Shown here in pieces: positions 20,330 through 33,134 of a stretch of DNA of 64,000 nt. The translations under genes and the position numbers were made by a program. The stretch's first letter is position 1. Each line of letters opens with the position of its first letter. The notes under the pieces were generated by a model that was not told the origin of the DNA, searched no databases, and worked only from the letters and a program-made list of their open reading frames with translations. The stretch is taken from the NCBI RefSeq assembly GCF_988242995.1, contig NZ_OZ547043.1; one strand, written 5' to 3'.

Positions 20330-22762
20330 TTACAGCATATGTTCAGTACGGGCGATGATATCGTCCTGTGCGTCTGGAGAGAGCGCGGTGAAGAAGGCGG
20401 AATAGCCCGCGACGCGCACTACCAGATCGCGATACTGATCGGGATGTTTTTTCGCCTCCAGCAGCGTTTCGCGGGAAACGATGTTGTACTGAATATGCCA
20501 GCCTTTATGCACCTCGAAGAAGGTGCGCAGCAGGATCATCAGTTTCTGCTTGTCAGATTCGTTCTCCAGTGTTGCTGGATTCAGTTTCTGGTTGAGCAAC
20601 ACGCCGCCGAGAATCGCTGCCGTAGGCAGTTTACCCACCGAGCCAATGACCGCAGTAGGGCCAAGATGATCAGTACCGGAAGCCGGGCTTGCGCCTTCTG
20701 CCAGCGGGGTGTGGGCTTTACGCCCGTCCGGTGTTGCCATAGTCTGCGCGCCAAACGGTACGTTAGCGGAGATAGACGACGTACCCGCGTAATAGTTGCC
20801 GCCAACCGGACCACGACCGTAGCGTGGGTTATGGTACTGTTTCAGTTCGTCGATATAGGTCTGATAAGCGCGAGCCAGCAGCGTATCGACGGTATCATCG
20901 TCGTTGCCGTACTTCGGCGCACCGTTAATCAGCCGCTGACGCAGTTGCTCATGAGTCAGGCCATCGAAGTCATCCGCCAGTGCGGCAGCCAGCTGTTGCT
21001 GACCAATCGCGCCCTGTTCAAACACCAGTTTCCTCACTGCCGCCAGGCTGTTGCCAAGGTTGGCAATGCCGACCTGCAGGCCAGAAACCCAGTCATATTT
21101 CGCGCCGCCTTGCTTGATACTTTTTGCTCGCTCAATACAGTCATCCACCAGCGCCGAGCAGAGAATATCGTGCACGTTCTCCTCCAGCATGGTGTCAACG
21201 ACATATTCGATTTCGATTGATTTGCGGGTGTAGTAACGGATTTGCGTGTCCCACGCGTCCATTACTTCATCGAAATTGTTAAAGTTACCTGCCGACAACG
21301 CTTTTTCTTGTGGCAGGAACACTTTGCCGCTGGTGGCATCACGACCGCCTTCCAGCGCCGCCAGCATCACACGGGCGAAGTTGATAAAGCTCATGCCGGT
21401 ACAGCGATAGCCCCATTTGCCACCGACGGCGGTTTCGATACAACCAATCGCTGCATAGTCGTAAGCGTCCTGCGGTTCAATACCGAGTTTAATAAATTCC
21501 GGGATCACGATTTCGTCGTTGTTGAACGCCGGCATCCCGAAGCCGCAACGGATCACCTGTACGCAGGCGTCGAGGAAATCGTTGCTCATTCCTGCATGGT
21601 AACGCACGCTGAGGTTAGGCTGAGTGGAACGCAGGCGACCGCAGGATTCGAGGATCGCGTAAGAGAGGGGATTCACCGCGTCCATTGGTTGACCATCAAC
21701 CAGATTTTGCCCGCCAATAGTGACGTTCTGATACAGCGGACTTCCCGCAGAGGCTTTCGAGTGCGAGCCGGAGCGGATTTTGTTCACTTCCAGCAGTTTC
21801 AACCAGCAGCTATGCAGCATCTCGATGGCGTGTTCGCGATCCAGTGTCTGGTTCAGTTCAACGTCGCGGCGATAGTACGGGTAGAGATACTGGTCCATAC
21901 GACCAAACGATACCGAGTGACCGTTAGATTCGATCTGCAATATCAACTGGATGAAGTAACACAGTTGCAGCGCCTGCCAGAAAGTCTGCGGCGGCTGGTG
22001 GGCGATAAGATCGCAGTTTTCTGCCATCGCCAGCAGTTCATCGCGACGGCTTTCGCGGGTTTCGGTCGCGGCCATTTCACGCGCCAGGGCAGCGAAACGT
22101 TCAATGTGTTCACTGACTGCTACCAGCACGATATCAATCGCTTTCAGGAATTGCTCACCGTGTAAATCTTCCAGCACCGTCAGGTTGATGCGCGAGCGAC
22201 GTTCCGCTACTTTCTCGCGCAGACCATCAAGCCCTTTTTCCAGCAGCAGCGGGAAATTGACCGCCAGGTGCGCATCGCCGGAGGTCATATTGCCTTCCGC
22301 TTTAATGATGCCGGTCGCCAGCAGACCTTTTTGCTCATCGGTAAACATGCCGTAGCAGCGATCCTGTACGGTCTGACCGCGCCACCAAGGGCACACTTCA
22401 TGCAGAACACGTTTGTTCTCTTCGCTCACCGCAAAACCAGCACCGGGACGATCTGCCAGATCATCAATCTCTTTTTCGATCCACGAGACGGTATATTCCG
22501 GGAAGATCGGCGCGGCGCGAACTTCGCTTGCCTGGTTGCCAATGATCAACTCATCGTGCTTGATCCAGATAGTGCGATTCGCCAGGTGATGCGCCAGCGC
22601 CAGCGCGCGACGTACCGGGATCGGCTTATCGAGATGTTGTTGATACATCTCAGTATAGTGCTGCGCGCGCTCGGTACAGACCGGCGGTTTCACAATATGC
22701 ACCAGCGCATTTTTGTGCGCTTTAATGCGGTCGCTGAGCGTGTCCAGTTTCAGTGTGGTCAT
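20330..22762 (-). CDS. ybiW: Glycyl radical enzyme (pyruvate formate-lyase-like), substrate unknown
   Basis: 810-aa ORF with the C-terminal glycyl-radical motif RVAGYSAFF; matches YbiW (PflF). Confidence 0.95.
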   Translation of the reverse strand: MTTLKLDTLSDRIKAHKNALVHIVKPPVCTERAQHYTEMYQQHLDKPIPVRRALALAHHLANRTIWIKHDELIIGNQASEVRAAPIFPEYTVSWIEKEIDDLADRPGAGFAVSEENKRVLHEVCPWWRGQTVQDRCYGMFTDEQKGLLATGIIKAEGNMTSGDAHLAVNFPLLLEKGLDGLREKVAERRSRINLTVLEDLHGEQFLKAIDIVLVAVSEHIERFAALAREMAATETRESRRDELLAMAENCDLIAHQPPQTFWQALQLCYFIQLILQIESNGHSVSFGRMDQYLYPYYRRDVELNQTLDREHAIEMLHSCWLKLLEVNKIRSGSHSKASAGSPLYQNVTIGGQNLVDGQPMDAVNPLSYAILESCGRLRSTQPNLSVRYHAGMSNDFLDACVQVIRCGFGMPAFNNDEIVIPEFIKLGIEPQDAYDYAAIGCIETAVGGKWGYRCTGMSFINFARVMLAALEGGRDATSGKVFLPQEKALSAGNFNNFDEVMDAWDTQIRYYTRKSIEIEYVVDTMLEENVHDILCSALVDDCIERAKSIKQGGAKYDWVSGLQVGIANLGNSLAAVRKLVFEQGAIGQQQLAAALADDFDGLTHEQLRQRLINGAPKYGNDDDTVDTLLARAYQTYIDELKQYHNPRYGRGPVGGNYYAGTSSISANVPFGAQTMATPDGRKAHTPLAEGASPASGTDHLGPTAVIGSVGKLPTAAILGGVLLNQKLNPATLENESDKQKLMILLRTFFEVHKGWHIQYNIVSRETLLEAKKHPDQYRDLVVRVAGYSAFFTALSPDAQDDIIARTEHML

Positions 22763-22767
22763 GGTTG

Positions 22768-23667
22768 TTATCCTCGTAAGGTCGCGGTTAACCCTTTCTG
22801 GCAGGCATACTGCTGGGCAAAGTCGAGCAGTTCTGGCGCATCAAGCGGTTTTTCCGGGGCGTCATAGGGCAGATTAAGTAAGTGATATTTGTTGATGCCC
22901 AGCGTGTGGTAGGGCAGGAAATGAATTTCGCCAACGTGCAGCTCGTCGGCGGCAAAATCGGTAATGGCTTTTACAGAGGTTTCGTCGGCATTAAAGCCCT
23001 GAATCAGCGGCACGCGGATAATGATTTTTTTGCCCGCTGCGGCGAGTTTTTTCAGGTTATCCAGCACTCTGGCGGCGTTACCGTCGGTCCACTGTTTAAA
23101 CGGCGCGTCGGCAACGTGTTTTAAATCGGCAAGAAACAGATCGATATAGGGCAGAGAAGGGGCGATATATTTCCACGGCACATGCAGACAGGTTTCTACC
23201 GCAGTATGAATACCTGCCTCGTGGCTGGCTTGCAGTAGCGCCATCGCCATTTCCGGCTGCATAAACGGTTCACCGCCAGAAAGCGTTAAGCCGCCGCCAC
23301 TGCGATCGTAAAACGGTTTATCGCGCAGAACGGTCGCCATGATCTCCTCAACGCTTTTCACTTCACCACACACGGTTAACGCCTGTGTCGGGCAGCAGTC
23401 GGTTAGCGCCGTCAGATGCTCCGGGGTTAACTTTTCCCGATGAATAAGCAAACCATTCAACGCGCGCTCAATCACGTCCGGCGCGGCCTTAGCGCACAGC
23501 TCGCAGCCTTCCAGACAGAGTCGTGGGTCATACAGCAGATCCTGCGTGCGGGCGCGGCTTTCCGGGTTCTGACACCAGCGGCAGCCCAGCGAACAGCCTT
23601 TAAGAAATACGACCGTGCGGATACCGGGGCCATCATGGGTCGAGTAGCGCTGAATATTGAAAATCAT
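22768..23667 (-). CDS. ybiY: Glycyl-radical-enzyme activating enzyme (radical SAM)
   Basis: CxxxCxxC radical-SAM motif (CSLGCRWC) plus a second Cys-rich cluster; start taken at [18 protein letters not shown] (299 aa). The track ORF extends 9 codons upstream. Confidence 0.9.
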   Translation of the reverse strand: MIFNIQRYSTHDGPGIRTVVFLKGCSLGCRWCQNPESRARTQDLLYDPRLCLEGCELCAKAAPDVIERALNGLLIHREKLTPEHLTALTDCCPTQALTVCGEVKSVEEIMATVLRDKPFYDRSGGGLTLSGGEPFMQPEMAMALLQASHEAGIHTAVETCLHVPWKYIAPSLPYIDLFLADLKHVADAPFKQWTDGNAARVLDNLKKLAAAGKKIIIRVPLIQGFNADETSVKAITDFAADELHVGEIHFLPYHTLGINKYHLLNLPYDAPEKPLDAPELLDFAQQYACQKGLTATLRG

Positions 23668-23720
23668 AGTTGCCTCTCTGTTTCGTTCAAACATTAAAAT
23701 ACTTTCGAATGAAAGTTAGA

Positions 23721-23734
23721 TTGATGTACGTCAA
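23721..23734. promoter_or_regulatory. FNR/CRP-family half-site dyad TTGAT-GTAC-GTCAA in the divergent ybiY/fsaA region
   Basis: 9 of 10 matches to the FNR consensus TTGAT-N4-ATCAA, centred about 60 bp upstream of the ybiY ATG and about 70 bp upstream of the fsaA ATG. Anaerobic control would fit a glycyl radical enzyme operon. Confidence 0.45.
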
Positions 23735-23797
23735 CTGTTCAGAGAGTTTTCCCGTGATAGTCTACATTCAGACAAAAAGTACATTTTGAGGATGGTT

Positions 23798-24460
23798 ATG
23801 GAACTGTATCTGGATACTTCAGACGTTGTTGCGGTGAAGGTGCTGTCACGTATTTTTCCGCTGGCGGGTGTGACCACTAACCCAAGCATTATCGCCTCGG
23901 GTAAAAAACCGCTGGAGGTTGTGCTTCCGCAACTTCACGAGGCGATGGGCGGTCAGGGGCGTCTGTTTGCCCAGGTAATGGCTACCACTGCTGAAGGGAT
24001 GGTGAATGACGCACGTAAATTGCGTTCTATTATTGCGGATATCGTGGTGAAAGTTCCTGTGACCGCTGAGGGGCTGGCAGCTATTAAGATGTTAAAAGCG
24101 GAAGGGATTCCGACGCTGGGAACCGCGGTATATGGCGCGGCACAAGGGCTGCTGTCGGCGCTGGCAGGTGCGGAATATGTTGCGCCTTACGTCAACCGTA
24201 TTGATGCTCAGGGCGGTTGCGGTATTCAGACTGTGACCGACTTACACCAGTTATTGAAAATGCATGCGCCGCAGGCGAAAGTGCTGGCAGCGAGTTTCAA
24301 AACCCCGCGTCAGGCTCTGGACTGCTTACTGGCAGGATGTGAATCAATTACTCTGCCGCTGGATGTGGCACAACAGATGATTAGCTATCCGGCGGTTGAT
24401 GCCGCAGTGGCGAAGTTTGAGCAGGACTGGCAGGGAGCGTTTGGCAGAACGTCGATTTAA
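23798..24460 (+). CDS. fsaA: Fructose-6-phosphate aldolase 1
   Basis: [14 protein letters not shown]... 220 aa, transaldolase-like fold family; matches FsaA. Confidence 0.9.
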   Translation: MELYLDTSDVVAVKVLSRIFPLAGVTTNPSIIASGKKPLEVVLPQLHEAMGGQGRLFAQVMATTAEGMVNDARKLRSIIADIVVKVPVTAEGLAAIKMLKAEGIPTLGTAVYGAAQGLLSALAGAEYVAPYVNRIDAQGGCGIQTVTDLHQLLKMHAPQAKVLAASFKTPRQALDCLLAGCESITLPLDVAQQMISYPAVDAAVAKFEQDWQGAFGRTSI

Positions 24461-24486
24461 CCGGACGTTCTGCATCCTCATAAATT

Positions 24487-24526
24487 GCTGATGACGTGGC
24501 GGAGTGCCGCGTCTTATCAGGCCTGG
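24487..24526. repeat. REP element between the convergent fsaA and moeB
   Basis: GCTGATGACGTGGCGGAGTGCCGCGTCTTATCAGGCCTGG resembles the Z-type REP consensus (GCCTGATGCGACGCT...GCGTCTTATCAGGCCTAC). Confidence 0.5.
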
Positions 24527-24535
24527 AGGTGGCAA

Positions 24536-25285
24536 TTACCGCCCGCACACCTCACACCCCGGGTTACGCATCAGTTTCATTTCGCGAAACTGACAGGTCA
24601 TCGCATCGTACATGACGATTTTCCCGCTGGCCGGTTTGCCATAACCTGCCAGCAGTTTGATCGCTTCCATTGCCTGCAACGAACCAATTACGCCGATCAA
24701 CGGTGCCATCACGCCTGCTTCTACGCAGGTTAACGCGTTCTCGCCAAACAAACGGCTAAGGCAGCGATAGCAAGGCTCGCCGTCCTGATAAGTGAAGACC
24801 GTGATTTGACCTTCCATACGAATTGCCGCGCCGGAAACCAGCGGCACCTTCGCGGCAAAACAGCCTGCGTTCAGTTGATTGCGTACCGCAACGTTATCCG
24901 TACAGTCGAGCACCAGATCGTGTTCAGCAATCAATGCTGCAAGTTCTGCGTCATCTAGCAGTGCATTGACGGGTGTAATCGCGATATGTGGGTTGATCCG
25001 CGTCAGGGCGTCACGGGCGGATTCCACCTTCGGTTGCCCGACCGTGGCATCGCTGTGCAGCGTCTGGCGTTGCAGATTCGAGAGCGAAACCGTGTCGAAG
25101 TCGAGCAGCGTCAGGTTGCCGACACCGGCGCTTGCCAGATACTGCGAAGCTGCACAGCCGAGTCCACCGAGGCCGACGATCAGCACACGAGAATCTTTTA
25201 GCGCCTCCTGACCGTCAAAATCAAAACCGCGCAGAATGATTTGCCGGTTGTAGCGCAGCATCTCCTGATCGCTGAGTTCCGCCAT
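24536..25285 (-). CDS. moeB: Molybdopterin-synthase adenylyltransferase
   Basis: 249-aa ORF with the ThiF/MoeB nucleotide-binding motif GLGGLGC and C-terminal Cys pairs; matches MoeB. Confidence 0.95.
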   Translation of the reverse strand: MAELSDQEMLRYNRQIILRGFDFDGQEALKDSRVLIVGLGGLGCAASQYLASAGVGNLTLLDFDTVSLSNLQRQTLHSDATVGQPKVESARDALTRINPHIAITPVNALLDDAELAALIAEHDLVLDCTDNVAVRNQLNAGCFAAKVPLVSGAAIRMEGQITVFTYQDGEPCYRCLSRLFGENALTCVEAGVMAPLIGVIGSLQAMEAIKLLAGYGKPASGKIVMYDAMTCQFREMKLMRNPGCEVCGR

Positions 25286-26520
25286 TACAGGCCTCCGAAC
25301 AACGCGTTAAACGGTTCTACTTCCACCCATTCGCCCGCTTCAACATTGCCGCGATCGCGCTCCAGCACGATAAAGCAGTTACCGAGGCTAAAGGAGCTAA
25401 ATATATGTGAACCCTGATGTCCGGTGGTCGTCACTTCCAGTTCGCCATCGGCGTTGCGTTGCAGCACGCCGCGCTGGAAATCAAGGCGTCCTGGCGATTT
25501 CTTCAGAGGCGATGCCGTGCGCACACGCTGGCGCGCGGGCAGGCCGCTGGCGGTATTGCCGCTTAGTTTTGCCAGCAAAGGCTGTACCAGTTGATAGAAG
25601 GTCAGCGTCGCTGAAACCGGGTTGCCCGGCAGGCCGCAGAACCAGCTATTAGAAAGTTTTCCGAACGCGAACGGTTTACCTGGTTTAATCGCCAGCTTCC
25701 AGAAGGCGATCTCCCCCAGCTCTTCAAGAATGGTTTTGGTGTAATCCGCTTCACCCACTGAAACACCGCCGGAACTGATCACCACATCCGCCTGGCTGTC
25801 GGCTTCAATAAAAGCGGCGCGCAGGGCATGGGGATCGTCGCGGATAATCCCTAAGTTGATTACCTCGCATCCCAGCTGTTCTAACATCAGGTGTACGGCG
25901 AGACGGTTGGTATCGTAGATTTGGCCGTCGCCCAGCGGCTGGCCTGGCAACTGGAGTTCATCACCGGTAGAAAAAAGCGCTACACGCACTTTACGAATCA
26001 CCGGAACTTCGGCAATCCCTAGCGAAGCAATCACTGGCAGTTCAGCGGTAGTCAGGCGAGTCCCCGCCGGGAAAACAACCGCACCTGCAGAGATATCTTC
26101 ACCGCGACGGCGAATATTTTGCCCGCTACGCACTTCAGCAGTAAAACGCACGCCATTGTCCGTTTGTTCAGTCTGCTCCTGCATCACCACCGCTTCGCAG
26201 CCTTCTGGTACCGGCGCACCGGTCATAATACGAATGCAGGTACCCGCAGGCCATTCACCATGGTACGGCTGACCGGCAAAGGATTTACCGGCAACGGGCA
26301 GCGGTTGCCCGGAGGCAATATCGGCTAAACGCACCGCGTAGCCGTCCATAGCGGAGTTATCAAACCCCGGGACATCCAGTGGCGAAACGACATCGCTCGC
26401 CAGAATACGACCAAAACACTGTACCAGTGGCAGCGTTTCCTGGGCGGTCAGTGGGGTAACGCGAGAAAGCATCTCATTAAGCGCGGTGTCGAGCGACATC
26501 AATCCGGTGGTAAATTCCAT
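25285..26520 (-). CDS. moeA: Molybdopterin molybdotransferase
   Basis: 411-aa ORF matching MoeA; stop overlaps the moeB start. Confidence 0.95.
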   Translation of the reverse strand: MEFTTGLMSLDTALNEMLSRVTPLTAQETLPLVQCFGRILASDVVSPLDVPGFDNSAMDGYAVRLADIASGQPLPVAGKSFAGQPYHGEWPAGTCIRIMTGAPVPEGCEAVVMQEQTEQTDNGVRFTAEVRSGQNIRRRGEDISAGAVVFPAGTRLTTAELPVIASLGIAEVPVIRKVRVALFSTGDELQLPGQPLGDGQIYDTNRLAVHLMLEQLGCEVINLGIIRDDPHALRAAFIEADSQADVVISSGGVSVGEADYTKTILEELGEIAFWKLAIKPGKPFAFGKLSNSWFCGLPGNPVSATLTFYQLVQPLLAKLSGNTASGLPARQRVRTASPLKKSPGRLDFQRGVLQRNADGELEVTTTGHQGSHIFSSFSLGNCFIVLERDRGNVEAGEWVEVEPFNALFGGL

Positions 26521-26723
26521 GAAAACACTCCTGCGGAGGCAAAATCGAATTTGCCTATTATGTCAGAAAAACGCCACAGACTGTATGCCACCTCGGGCGT
26601 AGCGCTGGCTCCTGCCTTTACATGCCATATCCATCTTTCTATATTCAAAAATTGAATGAGTAATTCATAAAAATTCTGATATTTATAGCAAAAGTGGCGA
26701 GCCACCCTTAATGGACGAATACT

Positions 26724-27689
26724 ATGGGCAAAGCAGTCATTGCAATTCATGGCGGCGCAGGTGCAATTAGCCGCGCGCAGATGAGTCTGCAACAGGAATT
26801 ACGCTACATCGAGGCGCTGTCTGCCATTGTTGAAACCGGGCAGAAAATGCTGGAAGCGGGCGAAAGTGCGCTGGATGTGGTGACGGAAGCGGTGCGTCTG
26901 CTGGAAGAGTGTCCACTGTTTAACGCCGGAATTGGCGCTGTCTTTACGCGTGATGAAACCCATGAACTGGACGCCTGTGTAATGGATGGTAACACCCTGA
27001 AAGCCGGTGCGGTGGCGGGCGTTAGTCATCTGCGTAATCCGGTTCTTGCCGCCCGGCTGGTGATGGAGCAAAGCCCGCATGTGATGATGATTGGCGAAGG
27101 GGCAGAAAATTTTGCGTTTGCTCATGGCATGGAGCGCGTCTCACCGGAGATTTTCTCCACGCCTTTGCGTTATGAACAACTACTGGCAGCGCGCGAGGAA
27201 GGGGCAACAGTCCTCGACCATAGCGGTGCGCCACTGGATGAAAAACAGAAAATGGGCACCGTGGGGGCCGTGGCGTTGGATTTAGACGGCAATCTGGCGG
27301 CAGCCACGTCCACAGGCGGAATGACCAATAAATTACCCGGACGAGTTGGCGATAGTCCCTTAGTGGGGGCCGGATGCTACGCCAATAACGCCAGTGTGGC
27401 GGTTTCATGTACCGGCACGGGCGAAGTCTTCATCCGCGCGCTGGCGGCATATGACATCGCCGCGTTAATGGATTACGGCGGATTAAGTCTCGCGGAAGCC
27501 TGCGAGCGGGTAGTAATGGAAAAACTCCCTGCGCTTGGCGGTAGCGGTGGCTTAATCGCTATCGACCATGAAGGTAATATCGCGCTACCGTTTAACACCG
27601 AAGGAATGTATCGCGCCTGGGGCTACGCAGGCGATACGCCAACCACCGGTATCTACCGTGAAAAAGGGGACACCGTTGCCACACAGTGA
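26724..27689 (+). CDS. iaaA: Isoaspartyl peptidase / L-asparaginase (Ntn hydrolase)
   Basis: 321-aa ORF; autoproteolytic Gly-Thr site read as GTVGAVA; matches IaaA. Confidence 0.9.
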   Translation: MGKAVIAIHGGAGAISRAQMSLQQELRYIEALSAIVETGQKMLEAGESALDVVTEAVRLLEECPLFNAGIGAVFTRDETHELDACVMDGNTLKAGAVAGVSHLRNPVLAARLVMEQSPHVMMIGEGAENFAFAHGMERVSPEIFSTPLRYEQLLAAREEGATVLDHSGAPLDEKQKMGTVGAVALDLDGNLAAATSTGGMTNKLPGRVGDSPLVGAGCYANNASVAVSCTGTGEVFIRALAAYDIAALMDYGGLSLAEACERVVMEKLPALGGSGGLIAIDHEGNIALPFNTEGMYRAWGYAGDTPTTGIYREKGDTVATQ

Positions 27690-29547
27690 TGAACTTGATG
27701 CCGGTGATGTGCTGGCGGTTGAAAATCTGAATATTGCCTTTATGCAGGACCAGCAGAAAATAGCTGCGGTCCGCAATCTCTCTTTTAGCCTGCAACGCGG
27801 TGAGACGCTGGCAATTGTTGGCGAATCCGGCTCCGGTAAGTCAGTGACTGCGCTGGCATTGATGCGTCTGTTGGAACAGGCGGGCGGTTTAGTACAGTGC
27901 GATAAAATGCTGTTGCGGCGGCGCAGTCGCGAAGTGATTGAACTTATCGAGCAGAGCGCTGCACAAATGCGCCATGTGCGCGGTGCGGATATGGCGATGA
28001 TATTTCAGGAGCCGATGACATCGCTGAACCCGGTATTTACTGTGGGTGAACAGATTGCTGAATCTATTCGTCTGCATCAAAACGCCAGTCGTGAAGAAGC
28101 AATGGTCGAGGCGAAGCGGATGCTGGATCAGGTACGCATTCCGGAGGCACAAACCATTCTTTCACGTTATCCGCATCAACTCTCTGGCGGGATGCGCCAG
28201 CGAGTGATGATTGCGATGGCACTGTCATGCCGCCCGGCGGTGCTGATTGCCGATGAGCCAACCACCGCGCTGGATGTCACTATTCAGGCGCAGATCCTGC
28301 AATTAATCAAAGTATTGCAAAAAGAGATGTCGATGGGCGTTATCTTTATCACGCACGATATGGGCGTGGTGGCAGAGATTGCCGATCGGGTACTGGTGAT
28401 GTATCAGGGCGAGGCGGTGGAAACGGGTAGCGTCGAACAGATTTTCCATGCACCGCAACATCCTTACACCCGTGCGCTATTAGCTGCTGTTCCGCAACTT
28501 GGTGCGATGAAAGGGTTAGATTATCCCCGACGTTTCCCATTGATATCGCTTGAACATCCAGCCAAACAGGAACCACCCATCGAGCAGAAAACGGTGGTGG
28601 ATGGCGAACCTGTTTTACGGGTGCGTAATCTGGTCACCCGTTTCCCTTTGCGCAGCGGTTTGTTGAATCGCGTAACGCGGGAAGTGCATGCCGTTGAGAA
28701 AGTCAGTTTTGATCTCTGGCCTGGCGAAACGCTATCGCTGGTGGGCGAGTCTGGCAGCGGTAAATCCACTACCGGGCGGGCGTTGCTGCGCCTGGTCGAA
28801 TCGCAGGGCGGCGAAATTATCTTTAACGGTCAGCGAATCGATACCTTGTCATCCGGTAAACTTCAGGCATTGCGCCGGGATATTCAGTTTATTTTTCAGG
28901 ACCCTTACGCTTCGCTGGACCCACGTCAGACCATCGGTGATTCGATTATCGAACCGCTGCGCGTACACGGTTTATTGCCAGGTAAAGAAGCGGCTGCACG
29001 CGTTGCGTGGTTGCTGGAGCGCGTGGGCCTGTTACCTGAACATGCCTGGCGTTACCCGCATGAGTTTTCCGGCGGTCAGCGCCAGCGCATCTGCATTGCT
29101 CGCGCGTTGGCATTGAATCCAAAAGTGATCATTGCCGACGAAGCCGTCTCGGCGCTGGATGTTTCTATTCGCGGGCAGATTATCAACTTGTTGCTCGATC
29201 TCCAGCGTGATTTCGGCATTGCGTATCTGTTTATCTCCCACGATATGGCCGTGGTAGAGCGGATTAGTCATCGTGTGGCGGTGATGTATCTCGGACAAAT
29301 TGTTGAAATTGGTCCACGGCGCGCGGTCTTCGAAAACCCGCAGCATCCTTATACGCGTAAATTACTGGCGGCAGTTCCGGTCGCTGAACCGTCCCGACAA
29401 CGACCGCAGCGTGTACTGCTGTCGGACGATCTTCCCAGCAATATTCATCTGCGTGGCGAAGAGGTGGCAGCCGTCTCGTTGCAATGCGTCGGGCCGGGGC
29501 ATTACGTCGCACAACCACAATCAGAATACGCATTCATGCGTAGATAA
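27676..29547 (+). CDS. gsiA: Glutathione ABC importer ATP-binding protein (two fused ABC domains)
   Basis: Two Walker A motifs (GESGSGKS twice); start assigned to the TTG giving [10 protein letters not shown]... (623 aa), overlapping the iaaA stop. The start-codon choice is an inference. Confidence 0.85.
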   Translation: MPHSDELDAGDVLAVENLNIAFMQDQQKIAAVRNLSFSLQRGETLAIVGESGSGKSVTALALMRLLEQAGGLVQCDKMLLRRRSREVIELIEQSAAQMRHVRGADMAMIFQEPMTSLNPVFTVGEQIAESIRLHQNASREEAMVEAKRMLDQVRIPEAQTILSRYPHQLSGGMRQRVMIAMALSCRPAVLIADEPTTALDVTIQAQILQLIKVLQKEMSMGVIFITHDMGVVAEIADRVLVMYQGEAVETGSVEQIFHAPQHPYTRALLAAVPQLGAMKGLDYPRRFPLISLEHPAKQEPPIEQKTVVDGEPVLRVRNLVTRFPLRSGLLNRVTREVHAVEKVSFDLWPGETLSLVGESGSGKSTTGRALLRLVESQGGEIIFNGQRIDTLSSGKLQALRRDIQFIFQDPYASLDPRQTIGDSIIEPLRVHGLLPGKEAAARVAWLLERVGLLPEHAWRYPHEFSGGQRQRICIARALALNPKVIIADEAVSALDVSIRGQIINLLLDLQRDFGIAYLFISHDMAVVERISHRVAVMYLGQIVEIGPRRAVFENPQHPYTRKLLAAVPVAEPSRQRPQRVLLSDDLPSNIHLRGEEVAAVSLQCVGPGHYVAQPQSEYAFMRR

Positions 29548-29566
29548 CATTCAGGCGGAGAATAAA

Positions 29567-31105
29567 ATGGCAAGAGCTGTACACCGTAGTGGGTTAGTGG
29601 CGCTGGGCATTGCGACAGCGTTGATGGCATCTTGTGCATTCGCTGCCAAAGATGTGGTGGTGGCGGTAGGATCGAACTTCACCACGCTCGATCCGTATGA
29701 CGCAAATGACACGTTATCTCAGGCCGTAGCGAAATCGTTTTACCAGGGGCTGTTCGGTCTCGATAAAGAGATGAAACTGAAAAACGTACTGGCGGAGAGT
29801 TATACCGTTTCCGATGACGGCCTTACTTACACCGTGAAACTGCGGGAAGGAATTAAATTCCAGGATGGCACCGATTTCAACGCAGCGGCGGTAAAAGCGA
29901 ATCTGGACCGGGCCAGCGATCCGGCGAATCATCTTAAACGCTATAACCTGTATAAGAATATTGCCAAAACGGAAGCGATCGATCCGACAACGGTAAAGAT
30001 TACCCTCAAACAGCCGTTTTCAGCGTTTATTAATATTCTTGCCCATCCGGCGACCGCGATGATTTCGCCGGCAGCGCTGGAAAAATATGGCAAGGAGATT
30101 GGTTTTCATCCGGTGGGAACCGGGCCGTATGAACTGGATACCTGGAATCAGACCGATTTTGTGAAGGTGAAAAAATTCGCGGGTTACTGGCAGCCAGGAT
30201 TGCCCAAACTGGACAGCATAACCTGGCGTCCGGTGGCGGATAACAACACCCGCGCGGCAATGCTGCAAACCGGTGAAGCGCAGTTTGCTTTCCCCATTCC
30301 CTACGAGCAGGCCGCACTGCTGGAGAAAAACAAAAATATCGAGTTGATGGCCAGTCCGTCAATTATGCAGCGTTATATCAGTATGAACGTGACGCAAAAG
30401 CCGTTCGATAACCCGAAGGTCCGTGAGGCGCTGAATTACGCCATTAACCGCCCGGCGCTGGTGAAAGTGGCCTTCGCGGGCTATGCAACGCCAGCTACTG
30501 GTGTGGTACCGCCGAGTATCGCCTACGCGCAAAGTTATAAACCGTGGCCTTACGATCCAGTGAAAGCGCGCGAATTACTGAAAGAGGCGGGATATCCCAA
30601 CGGTTTCAATACCACGCTGTGGTCGTCACATAACCACAGCACCGCGCAGAAAGTGCTGCAATTTACCCAGCAGCAGTTAGCGCAGGTCGGGATTAAAGCC
30701 CAGGTGACTGCGATGGATGCCGGACAGCGGGCGGCAGAAGTCGAAGGTAAAGGGCAAAAAGAGAGCGGCGTGCGGATGTTCTACACTGGCTGGTCGGCTT
30801 CAACCGGCGAAGCTGACTGGGCACTATCGCCGCTGTTTGCCTCGCAAAACTGGCCACCGACGCTGTTTAATACCGCGTTTTACAGCAATAAACAGGTGGA
30901 TGACTTCCTGGCTCAGGCACTGAAAACTAATGATCCGGCGGAAAAGACCCGTTTATATAAGGCGGCGCAGGATATCATCTGGCAAGAGTCGCCGTGGATC
31001 CCGCTGGTGGTAGAAAAACTGGTGTCGGCACACAGTAAAAACCTGACCGGTTTTTGGATCATGCCAGACACCGGTTTCAGCTTTGAAGACGCGGATTTGC
31101 AATAA
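29567..31105 (+). CDS. gsiB: Glutathione-binding periplasmic protein
   Basis: [26 protein letters not shown] signal peptide; 512-aa substrate-binding protein (family 5). The track's upstream extension is rejected. Confidence 0.9.
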   Translation: MARAVHRSGLVALGIATALMASCAFAAKDVVVAVGSNFTTLDPYDANDTLSQAVAKSFYQGLFGLDKEMKLKNVLAESYTVSDDGLTYTVKLREGIKFQDGTDFNAAAVKANLDRASDPANHLKRYNLYKNIAKTEAIDPTTVKITLKQPFSAFINILAHPATAMISPAALEKYGKEIGFHPVGTGPYELDTWNQTDFVKVKKFAGYWQPGLPKLDSITWRPVADNNTRAAMLQTGEAQFAFPIPYEQAALLEKNKNIELMASPSIMQRYISMNVTQKPFDNPKVREALNYAINRPALVKVAFAGYATPATGVVPPSIAYAQSYKPWPYDPVKARELLKEAGYPNGFNTTLWSSHNHSTAQKVLQFTQQQLAQVGIKAQVTAMDAGQRAAEVEGKGQKESGVRMFYTGWSASTGEADWALSPLFASQNWPPTLFNTAFYSNKQVDDFLAQALKTNDPAEKTRLYKAAQDIIWQESPWIPLVVEKLVSAHSKNLTGFWIMPDTGFSFEDADLQ

Positions 31106-31122
31106 GCAACGCAGGGAGTGGA

Positions 31123-32043
31123 ATGCTTAATTACGTTATCAAACGCTTACTGGGGTTGATTCCAACGCTGTTTATCGTCTCGGTGCTGGTGTTTTTATTT
31201 GTGCATATGCTGCCCGGCGATCCGGCGCGATTGATTGCCGGGCCCGAAGCTGATGCGCAGGTTATAGAACTGGTGCGTCAGCAGCTGGGGTTGGATCAGC
31301 CGCTGTATCACCAGTTCTGGCACTATATCAGCAATGCTGTGCAGGGGGATTTTGGCCTGTCGATGGTGTCGCGTCGTCCGGTTGCCGATGAGATTGCCAG
31401 CCGCTTTATGCCAACGCTGTGGCTGACCATAACCAGTATGGTCTGGGCGGTGATATTTGGTATGGCGGCGGGAATTATCGCCGCCGTCTGGCGTAACCGT
31501 TGGCCGGATCGATTGAGTATGACCATTGCGGTGTCGGGGATCTCGTTTCCAGCATTTGCGCTGGGGATGCTTTTAATTCAGGTATTCTCCGTTGAACTTG
31601 GCTGGCTGCCTACCGTGGGAGCAGACAGTTGGCAGCACTACATTTTACCCTCCCTGACGCTCGGCGCGGCAGTGGCAGCCGTGATGGCGCGCTTTACCCG
31701 CGCGTCGTTTGTCGATGTTTTAAGCGAAGATTATATGCGTACCGCGAGGGCGAAAGGGGTGAGCGAAACCTGGGTTGTCCTCAAACACGGGCTACGCAAC
31801 GCGATGATCCCGGTAGTGACCATGATGGGCTTACAGTTTGGCTTTTTGCTCGGTGGTTCCATCGTGGTGGAGAAAGTTTTCAACTGGCCCGGACTTGGAC
31901 GCTTACTCGTTGACTCCGTAGAAATGCGCGATTACCCGGTGATTCAGGCGGAAATTCTGCTTTTCTCGCTGGAATTTATTCTTATCAACTTAGTGGTGGA
32001 TGTGCTTTACGCCGCCATTAACCCGGCTATCAGGTACAAGTAA
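31123..32043 (+). CDS. gsiC: Glutathione ABC transporter permease
   Basis: 306-aa permease; matches GsiC. Confidence 0.9.
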   Translation: MLNYVIKRLLGLIPTLFIVSVLVFLFVHMLPGDPARLIAGPEADAQVIELVRQQLGLDQPLYHQFWHYISNAVQGDFGLSMVSRRPVADEIASRFMPTLWLTITSMVWAVIFGMAAGIIAAVWRNRWPDRLSMTIAVSGISFPAFALGMLLIQVFSVELGWLPTVGADSWQHYILPSLTLGAAVAAVMARFTRASFVDVLSEDYMRTARAKGVSETWVVLKHGLRNAMIPVVTMMGLQFGFLLGGSIVVEKVFNWPGLGRLLVDSVEMRDYPVIQAEILLFSLEFILINLVVDVLYAAINPAIRYK

Positions 32044-32045
32044 GG

Positions 32046-32957
32046 ATGCGACTATTTAACTGGCGACGTCAGGCGGCGTTAAACGCCATGCCACTGGTCA
32101 AACCTGACCAGGTACGTACACCGTGGCATGAATTCTGGCGACGATTTCGCCGTCAGCATATGGCGATGACCGCCGCATTATTCGTTATTTTATTGATTGT
32201 AGTGGCCATTTTTGCACGCTGGATCGCTCCCTATGACGCCGAAAATTATTTCGATTATGACAATCTGAATAACGGACCTTCTTTGCAGCACTGGTTTGGC
32301 GTTGATTCACTGGGGCGTGACATTTTCAGCCGTGTCCTGGTTGGTGCACAAATCTCGCTGGCGGCGGGCGTGTTTGCCGTGTTTATCGGTGCGGCGATCG
32401 GGACGTTGCTGGGCTTGCTGGCTGGATATTATGAAGGCTGGTGGGATCGGCTGATCATGCGCATTTGCGATGTGCTGTTTGCCTTCCCGGGTATTTTACT
32501 GGCGATCGCTGTTGTTGCGGTGTTGGGAAGCGGCATTGCTAACGTGATTATTGCAGTCGCCATTTTTTCCATCCCCGCGTTTGCCCGACTGGTGCGCGGC
32601 AACACGCTGGTGTTGAAACAGCAAACCTTTATTGAGTCAGCACGCAGTATTGGTGCCAGCGATATGACCATTTTATTGCGTCATATCTTGCCCGGGACCG
32701 TCTCGTCTATCGTGGTGTTTTTCACCATGCGCATCGGTACCTCGATTATCTCTGCCGCCAGCCTGTCATTTCTCGGCCTCGGTGCGCAGCCGCCGACACC
32801 AGAGTGGGGAGCAATGCTCAATGAGGCACGAGCGGATATGGTTATCGCGCCGCATGTCGCTATTTTTCCGGCCCTGGCTATTTTTCTGACTGTACTGGCG
32901 TTCAATTTGTTGGGTGATGGTTTACGCGATGCGCTGGATCCGAAAATTAAAGGATAG
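32046..32957 (+). CDS. gsiD: Glutathione ABC transporter permease
   Basis: 303-aa permease; matches GsiD. Confidence 0.9.
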   Translation: MRLFNWRRQAALNAMPLVKPDQVRTPWHEFWRRFRRQHMAMTAALFVILLIVVAIFARWIAPYDAENYFDYDNLNNGPSLQHWFGVDSLGRDIFSRVLVGAQISLAAGVFAVFIGAAIGTLLGLLAGYYEGWWDRLIMRICDVLFAFPGILLAIAVVAVLGSGIANVIIAVAIFSIPAFARLVRGNTLVLKQQTFIESARSIGASDMTILLRHILPGTVSSIVVFFTMRIGTSIISAASLSFLGLGAQPPTPEWGAMLNEARADMVIAPHVAIFPALAIFLTVLAFNLLGDGLRDALDPKIKG

Positions 32958-33134
32958 TTACGTTTGAATATTGCTTGAAAGGGTAATCACCTCACAGGAA
33001 ATTATTGCCCTAAGCAAGTGTTGTAACTTTCTGCTGATTTTGTAGAATCGGGTAATTTGGTTAAAAAGCCGCAGCAAGGGACTGTTTTTGCAGCGGCACA
33101 GCGTTCAGACAGTTATTTTGTTAAATGTATTAAC

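Noticed and set aside
20291-22867. Long plus-strand ORFs (309, 307, 83 and 199 aa) lying antisense inside ybiW
   Set aside because: They sit entirely within the well-supported glycyl radical enzyme gene on the opposite strand and show no recognisable domains or ribosome-binding sites; typical stop-codon-poor antisense frames of a GC-rich gene.
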